The position numbers were made by a program, and so were the translations under genes. Shown here piece by piece: positions 12,725 through 23,543 of a stretch of DNA of 64,000 bases (positions are counted from its first letter, which is position 1; each line of letters starts with the position of its first letter). This DNA comes from Rhizodiscina lignyota (lineage: Eukaryota): contig ML978123.1 in assembly GCA_010015805.1 (NCBI GenBank), forward strand, positions 1,984,001 through 2,048,000. The letters are read 5' to 3'. The notes under the pieces are model-generated. The model did not search any database. It was not told where the DNA came from and saw only the letters and a program-made list of their open reading frames with translations.

Positions 12725-14329
12725 ATGACGAACATTGCTTCCAAGGTACGCCCTTCTGGGATGAAATGTGATTCCCTGCCTCACCTCAATGACCTCAATC
12801 GCTGACGATAAGTGAATTGCAGAACCTTTACGACCTGCTCGGTACGTTCTACCCACATCGACGTGTCGCCCGACAAACTACCTATTCTCGACACCTGTCA
12901 CAAGACATCACAAACTGACGTAACCTCTTGCTAGGCAACGATCCTGAACTCGACCCCGACCGCGAGCCAGAGCCACCAACTAAGGCGCTCGATAAGCCCG
13001 TCCCGCGCACAGGCAAGCGAAATGCTGGCGCCGAGGGACCAGCTGAAGGCACTGCTAGACCAAGAGGCGGTGGACGTGGTGGAAGGCACGAAGCCTTCTC
13101 AGGCTCTGAACAGGGTATGGTATATCTACATTTGGCAACTAGAAATCATGCATGATGCTCTCACTGCTCGTCATAGACAAAACCTCTATTGTGCACAGCT
13201 GGAGTTGTGTTCGATTAATATGGTGCTAACGATTTTCCCCCCACAGCATTCCGCGATCGCGGTGCCGGCACTACGAACAACCGTAGCAGAGCTCCTGATG
13301 ATGGTTTGCGTCAAGACCGACACCCGGATCGTCTGAGAGGTACGAGTAACTTGCAGCGCTAGCAAGGGTAGATTCACTAACATTCATCCTCACAGACCCC
13401 AACGAGTCAGGCTATCGTGGCCGTGGTGGCCGTGGTGGACGTGGAGGACGTGGAGGCCGTGGCGGCGCTCCTCGCGATGATCGTCACAGCAAGACGGGCG
13501 TTGCGTATGTTTATCATTGCACTAGTATCTTTGCTCGCTGTACGTCTAACTGTCAAACAGTGATCACGAGAAACAGGCAGCTCATGGCTGGGGTGGGCAA
13601 ACTGGACCTGATGAATGGACGGAGGAGAAAGCTGGCGAAGCAATCGCCAAGGATGAAGAAAAGACTGGCTTCGACACCAACGTCCCCCCTCCAGTCAATG
13701 CAGAGGGCGAAACATTCAAGCCAGATACTGAAGGCGGTAACGACTGGGCTCCAGATACCGAAGGCGCTGGTGAGACGAAGGACACTGAAGCAGAGGATAA
13801 GACCAAGAGCTATGACGCATACCTTGCCGAGCTAACGGAGAAGAAGATGTCTCTCGGCCTTGGAGCTCTTGAAGCTCGTAGGCCTAATGAGGGCGGAGAT
13901 AAGAAGTTCCCCGAAGGCAAGGCATTCGCACGCGATGACGCCGACGAGAACTACATTGCGGGCGCCTCTGGCAAGGCCGGTCGCTCGCGCGAAAAGAAGG
14001 AAAAGAACAGGCTCCAGCTCGACGATGAGAGGCTACTCAAGGCGCCTGAGCTTGGCTCTGGACGCGGCGGCCGTGGTCGCGGCCGTGGCGATGGCTCGTT
14101 CCGCGGCGAGGGTGGAAGAGGTCGCGGAGGCCGTGGTCGTGGAGATCGTGATCGTGATCGAGGTGAACGAGGCGATCGCGGGGATCGCGGTGATCGTGGT
14201 GACCGAGGTGATCGCGGTGATCGAGGAGGCTTTGGCGAGAGAGGCCGTGGGCGCGGTGGAAGAGGAGGCGGCCCGGCATCCAACGTCAATGTCCACGATC
14301 AATCGGCATTCCCAAGCCTCGGGTCGTAA
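12725..14329 (+). CDS. STM1: Stm1/SERBP1-like ribosome- and G4-associated RNA-binding protein; 5 introns including a 19-nt exon
   Basis: N-terminus MTNIASK|NLYDLLG|NDPE, DDRHSKTG, KQAAHGWG, KSYDAYLAE, RGG/RGD-rich tail and terminal DQSAFPSLG. Confidence 0.9.
14137..14226 (+). repeat. Coding degenerate 9-bp tandem repeat (CGNGGNGAY) encoding RGD/RGE units in Stm1
   Basis: cgaggcgat cgcggggat cgcggtgat cgtggtgac cgaggtgat cgcggtgat. Confidence 0.85.
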
Positions 14330-15157
14330 CAATATCACGCCCACTTCGCTCACCTTGTCTACCGGGCGGACAGGTGAATAGCAGCAACATGACAGCCCTT
14401 GAACTGGACGAGAGTGGAAATGAAGTTGAAAAAGCGACATGAGGGGTAGTGCTGACGGTGCCACTATACGAGGAGCGCGAGCATTAAAGGCGCCGGAGGC
14501 AGGGTTGATGAGTCGTCTCAAAATCCGGTATTTGATTGCTTTAGCCGTGAGTGTAGCTGAAAAATCTAATTTCATCCCGTGTCATACCTGGAACAAGCCT
14601 TGGACTGCATTGCCACTGTTGACTTCGACTTGAGGGAACTGCATTGTCAGTTCGTCCCACCAGCTGATAGCCAATACTTGACAGGCTCCTATCTCGCACG
14701 ACGCACATGTTTAGTTACTCCACCTCAAAAGCTGCCTTTTTACACATGACAGAAGCTACCCAAACCCCCGCTCGAATTCTCGCCCCTTCGTTTTCTACAG
14801 TACCGCCAACCAAAGCTGCGCGGGGCAACCTTTCAACTTCAATGTTGGGCTTACCCCTCACGCAAAGTCCTCGACACCTTAACGACCATCTGATTCACGT
14901 GTAGAAGTGTAGAGAATTGAGAAATCAAGGGTTGTTGATTTTGTTATAATCGATCGTAATCAGCAGAATGTGGAGAGAGGTGTCCACAATCAAACACGGA
15001 TGCCATGCCAATGGACTTTCTCGATTGATCACGTCGAGAATTGTTGAAACAGAGTTGAGTATAATGCCACATTTATCTTCTCCCCTCATTCCCCATTTCT
15101 CGAGAGTTTGAGTTTCTTTCTTTCGCATCCGTAGAATATCTCGTCTCTCGTTCGAAG

Positions 15158-16437
15158 ATGCGTTCTCAGCTCCTCACCTTCCTCTCTTCGTGTCTCTTGA
15201 CCGGGGGACCATTCGTACTTGCGTCGCCAGCCGATATCTTCCAATGCAATGGCGGCGTCTGTACGTCTCTGTGCAATGCACTCGCTCCATACCCGATCAT
15301 GCTGGAGTTCCCAGTGGAGGCGGCTGCCTTCTGTCGCAGATTCCTCTCCCCTTATAGGTCCACAAGGACTCATACTACGACTAGATCTACTAGATCTAGA
15401 TCAGTCAGGCCTGTGTATGTCTTTTCAAGCCTTGACAATACTATACGCATATGAATTCATGACAGAACATAGTGGCTAATGAATCAAAGGACTAAAACAT
15501 CGATTGCACGTTCTACTCAGACGGATCTGACAACACGAACCATCACGGACACCACTACAACGACCACCACTCAGGACTTTACGAGCACCACCACCACTGT
15601 CACCACGTCAAACATCACAATCTCCGGCACCGCCGCGGGAACGGGAGTAATGGGCAAACGTCAATTCTACCCCTTCGACTTCTCGAATTTTGCGAACAAC
15701 GTGCTCTCGTCGGCTTGCGGCTGCTTTGGCGCGAAGCCGACAACTGCTACCATCGATGTCAGTGTCGATGCTGGCGTCAAGCTTCGACGCGCAGTTCCGG
15801 TTACTACCATTGGCTTCGAGAAACGCCAAGTTCCGGCGGTTACTACCACTGCCGTCCCCACCGAAGCACCTCCAGCTCCAGTGGTTAGCAGTGTTGCCAC
15901 CGAAACATCCCAAGCTCCAGTGGTTAGCAGCGTCGACATTGCAGCACCCCAAGCTCCAGCTGTTAGTAGCGTCGAAATCACAACATCGCAAGCTCCTGCT
16001 GTTAGCAGCGTCGACATCGCAACGCCAGAAGCTCCAGCTGTCCCTACCGTCGACACCGCAACAACCCAAGCTCCAGCAGTTACGTCGAAGACTACCTTTG
16101 AAGTCCAGAAACGCCAAGGTCCCCGCCGTGTATGTCCCTCCCAACCGCAGATTCTGTAATATGCTAACTCTGATGGAACAATTAGTCAACTGTCGCCACT
16201 ACGGTTATCTTCAGGAACACCACCATCACGTCAACGACATTCACGACTACCTCGACCACCTCGACAACTACGTTCGACACAACCTTCATCGACACCGCAA
16301 CGCTGACGACCACGCAGAATGTGACTGTCCTCTGCTTGGAGAATGGAAGTGCTTGCAATATCAACGATCCAAGCGCATGCTGCAGCGGTATGTGCGCGAT
16401 GATCGGCAACGCCGCGCCCACGTGCCAGGATATGTAA
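15158..16437 (+). CDS. Secreted Thr/Ser-rich repeat protein with Kex2-type sites and C-terminal cystine-knot motif; introns 15415-15489 and 16130-16185
   Basis: Signal peptide MRSQLLTFLSSCLLTGGPFVLA. Both introns have GTATGT donors and GCTAAY branch sites and keep frame. The last exon ends CLENGSACNINDPSACCSGMCAMIGNAAPTCQDM*. Confidence 0.82.
15875..16084 (+). repeat. 39-bp coding tandem repeat, 5 full copies plus a partial copy (13-aa unit, e.g. APVVSSVDIAAPQ)
   Basis: Units begin with GCTCC at 15875, 15914, 15953, 15992, 16031 and 16070 (exact 39-nt spacing). Confidence 0.93.
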
Positions 16438-16892
16438 GTGGAAGGATAAGTCGTTCACGGGGAGAGAGATGTGAGGGATTGAATGCGTTCGAGAGCATCT
16501 GGTTCGTTAGGATAGAAGTATTTCTTTATAGAATCATAGGTTTAAGGAATGGTAATGTAGACGCTCGTCAAAAATCACTGATCTTCAGATGCAGCTTCTC
16601 ATTTTCTGTGATGGACTTTTGTGATTCTGCCACCCTCGACTCCATTGGGAACTTGGCCTTCCCCAATTTCACATCAGCTATTTTGTCGCCTTGGACACCT
16701 TGTCTATCCCGGCCTCTTGTCCAAGACGTACTTCCTGTGGTTCGGAGGACGGTGCGATATATGCCCTCCCAACCATTAAAGCCTCCGCCCATAACACCGA
16801 ATTCCCACGAATTGGGAGGTATACCAGTCGAGGCCGCTCCTAATAAAATCATAATATTTCGTGGGACTTTTCAGAGCAACATAAAAATGCCA

Positions 16893-18024
16893 TCAGCTTC
16901 GTCCTTGCTTGCCACGTCCCCCTCGTCCACCACCGCCGCCACCCCCAGAAACCAGATGCTTGGGCAGTTCTTTGATCACCTCTCCGTTCTTCATCAGCAC
17001 CCCATACCCTCCTTTCCGCTCTTCAACTCGCTTAAAGAACTTTGTGGGAACGAAGCCATGCTCGTCTCCCTCTGTTAGGATCACGCCGTTCTCGCTCCTG
17101 CCGAATTTCAAGCCCGCAGCGAGCGCAGCGGGAAAGTCCAAATAGATGAGAATGGTAGAAGTGTTTCGCATGCCGGATATGACGGGATCCTTCTTCGCCC
17201 GGGGCGCTGGATTCTCGTCTGTGGCGTTCGCTTCTTCTTGGCCGTCATCGTCATCGTCCAAAGGCTCGAAGCCCTCTGGAAGTCCGCCAGCAAAGTGAAT
17301 GTGATTGCGTGACATTCGTTTCAGACCCCCAGTTTTCAGGATTATTGGCCAGGCTCGCCATGTTGTTCCATGGACCACTATTTCTGGCAGACCGCTGGGA
17401 TCGTCGGCACTGATGGGCGTCAGTAGCCCTTCGTCGTCGACTTTGATGCTGTGTCCTTGATTTGCACGAATGAGGTAGTTTGCGGGATCCTCAGCGTCGA
17501 AATCGGGTGGTAACTCCTTTGAGACTGTTGCGGCGTCGTCACCTGATACGCTGTCCGCATTTTGTTGTGCATCTGGTGCGGCTGTGATGGGGATGAGAGA
17601 AAATCGTTGCTTCTCGTTGTCTGCGACGACTTCTCGAACTTCGTCGAGGGTGATTCGCATGCCTTTGAGAGCGTTGACGCTTAACTGAGCAATATTGTTA
17701 GACATGCGGTTGATATCGAGCAGTCTACAAAGATAGACCCATTTTGCAATGGTAATGAGAGGATAGTTTCGAACTGTACCAATACTGACATCTGATGGTT
17801 TATGGGAAAAAAGGTTATATGGTACTCTCGAGGAGTCATGATGATTCAACTGGAGAACTTACAGCGTCTTTCAGATTGACATATCCGCCAGGACCAAGCT
17901 TAAGGCCTTGATTTTCAGCGTGATGCCGCAGGAGCCAGGACAGCTTTTTCGATACTTGAACTTCACGGGGAAGGCCTCCTTGCCCGCCGCCTCCTCGGCC
18001 ACGACCTCCACGTCTACTTGACAT
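16893..18024 (-). CDS. TPT1: tRNA 2'-phosphotransferase Tpt1/KptA; one intron ~17686-17861
   Basis: VSKKLSWLLRH, VVADNEKQRF, IRANQGHSI, VVHGT, GGLKRMSRNHIHFA, VISGMRN and SENGVILT. Confidence 0.95.
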
Positions 18025-18453
18025 TGAGAGATATGGTGAGGATGGAATGTGAGGGAAGTTGAGAGATCTGGAAAGCTGAGGTAGACGGGCGTAGATTTCT
18101 CGTAGAGACGGTATTTTAAGGTGAAGTTCTTGATCCCAAGTGTTTGCAGTTAGGTGAGAATTAAAAGCTGAAATTGTATTCTCTGCACCCAAAATGTTTG
18201 CTCAGCCAAAGATCGAGTGACATGACTCAGACGATTTCACTATGAAAATTATAATGCCTGCATTTACATATGACTTGATGGTCCAATTTAGGACTAGATT
18301 TTTATTGATCTGTGATTCACAACTGACATTATAACTGCACCCTCATGTCGCACCCCTGACATACAACCTGGGCCCTGGCAGCTGTGCATCGTCATGAGCC
18401 TCAATCGCCCCTCTTCCGTCACTCATCGCTTAACATGCAACAATACGGCGGAT

Positions 18454-21223
18454 ATGAAGACACTCGAGGAAGCTCGGTACGAATGTTGCTCTCTCTGTAG
18501 TATGGTAACTAACAGCTACAACAGGAAGGGGTGGAGAGAGTCCAATGTAGCTGAATTGAAAACGATACGACCAGACGATGCAGTGCTTCCAGCCCTCCAG
18601 GGCCTTCGGTCGATTGCTTGGAAGGTGATACAACCGCAGACGAGGTTTCTACAGCTCGTGGCTCATTCATGTACAGGAATACCTCCTCTTCGAGAGCAAC
18701 GATCGTACCGTATGGTCCTCACGTCTCTCCGAGTCGCGCACCGCATACGATGCGCTTCGCTCCCATTTCCTCCGAGCCATAGAACATCCCGACGAGCTTG
18801 GGTCTTCGATAGATCCACTAGCAGATACAGCAGAGGTATGACATGGCATTCATAAATTCGTCAGATACCATTCCAGGTCTGACATTTGACTAAGGCTGGA
18901 AAGCATTAGTCTCCATGGGAAGCCCTTCGCCGCGATGAAACCCTGCGACAGGAGATATTCCAAGATGTCGAACGATGCATGCCGGAGAATGTATACTTTC
19001 GACAGCCCGCGACCCAGACGATGCTACTCGATGTATTGTTCATATTCTGCAAGCTGAATCAAGATGTGGGATACCGGCAGGGCATGCACGAACTACTGGC
19101 GCCAATTGTGTGGGTCATAGAAAGAGATGCGCTCGATTCAAGGCAGTGGAAGAGGCCAGATATCCAAGATATGCAGGACGATAGGCTTCTCCTTGACTTG
19201 CTCGATCAGCGCTTCATTGAGCATGATGCTTTCACGCTCTTTGGCCTGGTAATGCAGAATGCGAAATCATTCTACGAGCCAAGCTCTGGACTCCTAAAAA
19301 GGAACTCTACTCAGTCACTAACCGATAGCGAGGCGCCAATATTGGTGCGAGTAAAGCGGATATACAATGGTTATCTTACCAAGATCGACCCGGAGCTTTC
19401 GTCGCATTTGACAAAGCTGGACATTGTTCCTCAAGTTTTTCTCATGTGCGTCGTCTCATATTCTTTGATTTACATTGCGGAAATGCTGATTCCCATAGGC
19501 GCTGGATCCGCTTACTTTTTGGACGGGAATTTTCCTTTGACGATACCCTTGGGATCTGGGATACCGTATTCGCGGCGGACCCTTCATTAGATATAGTCGA
19601 TCTCATTTGTGTCGCGATGTTGCTCAGAATACGATGGCAGCGTGAGTTGATCGATCAAATTACTTCGTCTCTCCACCTAACGACCAAAATTCAGTCATCC
19701 AAGCCGATGCAAATACCGTTCTTACGTTACTCCTTCACTATCCGTCTCCTGAGGAGGCAACGCCGCCTCGGACTCTTGTACAGGATGCTCTCTATCTAAA
19801 GCAGAACCCGAATGCTATTGGCGGAGCTCACATTATCGAAAAATACTCCAATCGCCGGCCTATTCTCCCCAATCATATTTCGCTACGACCTCGTACTCCC
19901 TCATACGCATCAACTCACTCAGATCCTTCCTCACCACGCCGAGCTCGATCTCCATTTGGCTCCCCAACAAGATTTCCTTCAACAGGCCCGACGGCGGTTG
20001 GACTAGAAGGACTCCTTGCAGACGCCGCTCGCGCCGCATACAGTCGCAGCGAGAAATGGGGTTTCAACCGTGCCGTCCGTGACGCCGTTGGTGAAGTGAA
20101 GAAGAACGTTCAGGCCATTCAATCCTCTCCAAGGAATAGCCTGCATAGGCGTACGTCATCTACAGATATTTTCCGGAAGGTCGAGCGTCTGGAGAAGCGT
20201 AACCAAGCGCTCGCAGGGATGCTGGAGACCGCATTAAGTGAGCTATGGGAATGTCAGAGGAGACTGGCAGAGAGTGCTGGGAAGAGCGAGCATATACTTA
20301 AAGATGAAAACAGCCGAAAGGGCGAGACTGAGGCAGAAAGCCTTCATGAGAGCAGCGGCGTGAAAGAGGCGGCAGATGAACTTGGTATTGCGATCGCCAG
20401 AGTGCAATTTGTGCAGGTCTATCTAACAGACGCCTCCATGCCTTTGCCACTGGAAGAGAAGGCGAGTAAGGCGAACGAAGAAGACCTCAATGAGAAACAG
20501 CCGCACACGGAACGTAGCATGAACATCCACACATCCGAATCCATCGAAGACGCTCTGGCAGAAGCAGCCGCCGAGCCACACACCCCGAAACCGCCAACCG
20601 GACAACGGAAGCAAGACAAGCCAGTACCGCCACCAGAAGTCCTCTTCGACGCCTCCGCTGCATCTTCCTCGCCAGAGCCGCGAGAACTGGCCCCTAGTGA
20701 CCAGTCTACAGCGCCTCAGACAAATCCCATTGCTATACCCCAACCACCTCCATCCATATCGGTGAAATCCTCATCACCGCCTCCACGGCCCATACCAACG
20801 AAGTCGCCTCCCACAGTCACGACCACCGCGCCCACAGACGTCTCCTCCACACCCCCTTCCCGCCCGTCGCTCGAGCAGTCCCCCTTCTCCTGGATCCTCG
20901 GACACAGCGCCGAGGACCGGCAGCACGCCTTCGCTAGCGTGGCGCCCTTCTCCGAGGAGTCGACGCGCCGGCCGTCCGATAGGAGAGGCAAGGGGTTTCT
21001 CTTCGGCGAGGATGAAGCGGGCAAGACGGAGGATTCGTCGGAGGGCAAGGGCGTGATTGCGAAGGGGAGGAGGCGCGTCGGGGTGTTGAGGAAGAAGCCG
21101 CCTGCGTCGGTGGGCAGCGGTGGAGGTGCCGAAGCTCAGGGAAAGGGAAAGGGCAAGACTGGGGCCGATGGCGCGGATGATGAGAGCGTGGACGTCGAAG
21201 TGATTGACATGGACGCGTTGTAA
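18454..21223 (+). CDS. TBC-domain Rab GTPase-activating protein (TBC1D5-like); 5 introns
   Basis: LRSIAWK, EIFQDVERCMPE (R finger), GYRQGMHELLAPI (Q finger) and RWIRLLFGREF, followed by a coiled coil and a Pro/Ser-rich tail. Confidence 0.9.
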
Positions 21224-22223
21224 GGTGTAGCTTCCAACTCTGCATCACAATAAATAGGCACATGAAAATTGTACAAAGTCGCGAGAATTTGGAGCAAAGA
21301 GTATTTTCCGAAGCCATCGTTCAAGTCATGCCTATCGCAGAATACATGTGATATGCATGAACCATCCTGACGTTTCTCGACTGGACGTGAGATATGTACA
21401 TGAAGCCGAAGCCAAAGTGCCCAGTATCTTGCTGCTTTCTACGCTCCATTGCTATCACCCCTTTCCCTCTTTCCTCTCCAACCCCTCTTATCAAAAAAAG
21501 CTCTTGGTCCGATCAAGGACTGCGCTGAGTGGTGTGGTTCAATGCCCAGAAGAAGAAGAACAAGAGCAAGCGCTAGATCCGCAAATACCCGCATAAGCTG
21601 ATTTGCCATCGGTAAGGACTGTGATGGTACACTCTCCGATATCCCTTCGTCCCCGACTCCCTTTCAATGCGTGACGCGGAAAGACAGGTAGGACGTGTGT
21701 GCAGGCGGGCCCACCGAACAATAACAGGAGATCACTCAGTTAAGAGGTCCCCTCTCGCTGTTAACCGCCGGGTCGTCGCCTCCAGTTTATCCTACAGATC
21801 CGCCCTCGCGTCAAGCGATTTAAAAATATAAAATGTAAAATAAGACAGATGACTGAAAAGTAAGGCCGCTCAATCCCGGGAAAAATAGTCAGCGCTTGAC
21901 ATGATGGCGGGAGAGCAGTCGCCCAGATGGTGTTTGTGTAGAATCCAGTTTCGTGAAAGAGCACATCGACGGTGTGATGTCGAGATGCCGAACATGTGCT
22001 GAAAGGGGCAGGCCAAAACCGAGCAAATATAAAAATGGGAAAATCGTCGTCTCCTCGTCCTCCATATTTCAATGTCCAAGGATTGACGATGGCCACATGG
22101 CGCGTGGCAGAGAGTTGTCGAACTAATTGACGTGGACGTGGTCGTGGTGCGTGATCCAAATCCGCATGAACCCAGGGAGAAACAAAAACGCCATGCTGAT
22201 CCCAAAAACAAATGTCACAAATA

Positions 22224-23543
22224 TTACATTCCGCCCATCTTGAGCAACGCCTCGATGGCCTCGCGCTCCTGCGCGCCGGTGGCCTGGCCCTCCTTAACAG
22301 TATCCATACCCTGAACGCCTTGCTTGTTCAAAACACTGCTTGCTCTCACGCTGTTCGCATACGGATGGTGTCCATGTGCGTAGCTGGAGCTTCCCCTGCG
22401 CGACACGCTCGGGCCCCGACTGCCGGCGGAGCTCGCAACGTGTCGATTCTCCCTCCACTGCTGTGGTCTCGCAGGCACGGGCACAGGCACAGATTTCGCC
22501 ATGACCTCATTACCCATTTTGATGCGGCTTGCACTGACGCGGGGGAGGTATATTGCGCCGGCCTTGGGCGCGGAAAGGCTCGCCTGTCTCAAGGCGTGGG
22601 CGCCCATACCGGCCCAGTCCTCTTCGTCCGTTGCGTCGTCCGAATCGCCGTAATCGATTGGAATTTCCTTGATGCGCGGCTCTTCGTACGCGTACGGGCT
22701 AGAGTCCTCAGAACCGTCGAGCGACATTTTGTCGGCCTCATGCTCGGCCCACATTCCGCCCGAGATACTTCCACTACCGTCGCCATTGGATGCGGACCAG
22801 CGCCTGACTCTGGACTTGGGAATTTGCAAGTCTCCGGCAGAAGAAATCGCGTACGAGCCATGTACGCTTGCCGGAGGGCTCAGCGCGTCGGACCTGGAGG
22901 ATAAGCCAAGAGACCCGGAGCCTCCTGAGACGCTTCGGCCGCCCTGACCTCGTAGTCGCGCGTCCCATCGGCCCCATCCGACCTTCTCGAAAACGACCTC
23001 TCCGTGCTCTCCACCTCCACCACGGCTCTCGAGAGCAGCGACTACGAGGCGTCGCGCTTTCGCTGGCGGGATGCGCGCGAAACCTGGTACACCCTGCGTC
23101 AGATGGGCTAGCACGTGCCGTATCGCTATTGGACCGTTATGGAGCAAAATCTCCGGCAGATGGTGTGCTGCCAACATCTGCGGCGTTATCGCGCCTGTCG
23201 GATCCACGCCCGATAAGGCAGATAACGCCGCAGAAGAGAGCGACTGCAGCGTCGCACCATCGCCGTCTTGGTCCTGCCGGTGATCCGCATCATGCAGGTC
23301 TATGTCCGAATCGACCTGAGCCGGGGCCGGATAGGAGGCGCGATGGAGCTGTTCGGAGCGGACTTTATGGGGCGGGAGAGTGGGAGAGATGGAGTTTGGA
23401 GGAGTAGGGAGAGCGCCCGAGGCATGATGAGGGTTGCCGGACGGGGCTTTATGAGGTGGGATGGCGACGGAGGATGAAGGGAGGGTGCCGGCGGCCGCAA
23501 AGGCCATGGCGATGTTGGAGACGGGTTTCGCAGTGGCAGCCAT
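22224..23543 (-). CDS. STB3: Stb3-family (Sin3-binding) transcriptional regulator; single coding exon; probable 5'-UTR intron ~23598-23697
   Basis: ITPQMLAAHHLPEILLHNGPIAIRHVLAHLTQGVPGFARIPPAKARRLVVAALE...FEKVGWGRW, TDEEDW and EREAIEALL. Confidence 0.88.
   Translation of the reverse strand: MAATAKPVSNIAMAFAAAGTLPSSSVAIPPHKAPSGNPHHASGALPTPPNSISPTLPPHKVRSEQLHRASYPAPAQVDSDIDLHDADHRQDQDGDGATLQSLSSAALSALSGVDPTGAITPQMLAAHHLPEILLHNGPIAIRHVLAHLTQGVPGFARIPPAKARRLVVAALESRGGGGEHGEVVFEKVGWGRWDARLRGQGGRSVSGGSGSLGLSSRSDALSPPASVHGSYAISSAGDLQIPKSRVRRWSASNGDGSGSISGGMWAEHEADKMSLDGSEDSSPYAYEEPRIKEIPIDYGDSDDATDEEDWAGMGAHALRQASLSAPKAGAIYLPRVSASRIKMGNEVMAKSVPVPVPARPQQWRENRHVASSAGSRGPSVSRRGSSSYAHGHHPYANSVRASSVLNKQGVQGMDTVKEGQATGAQEREAIEALLKMGGM

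Noticed and set aside
13116..13247. Possible intronic box C/D snoRNA in the longest STM1 intron
   Set aside because: Only an imperfect C box (ATGATGC), with no downstream CTGA D box or terminal stem.
13951..14289. Antisense (SPR)n protamine-like ORF
   Set aside because: Reverse-complement shadow of the Stm1 RGD/RGG repeat.
15158..16437. Dikaritin/ustiloxin-type RiPP cluster
   Set aside because: The repeats are not individually flanked by KR, and no DUF3328 (UstYa), tyrosinase or transporter gene is nearby.
15690..17078. 462-aa plus-strand ORF with PKLQ repeats
   Set aside because: Off-frame shadow of the secreted repeat gene. It starts at GTG, runs through an intron and the 3' UTR, and overlaps TPT1 antisense.
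17686..17849. Tpt1 start at 17849 from the ORF track
   Set aside because: It lies inside the intron; the conserved SKKLSWLLRH motif is in the upstream exon.
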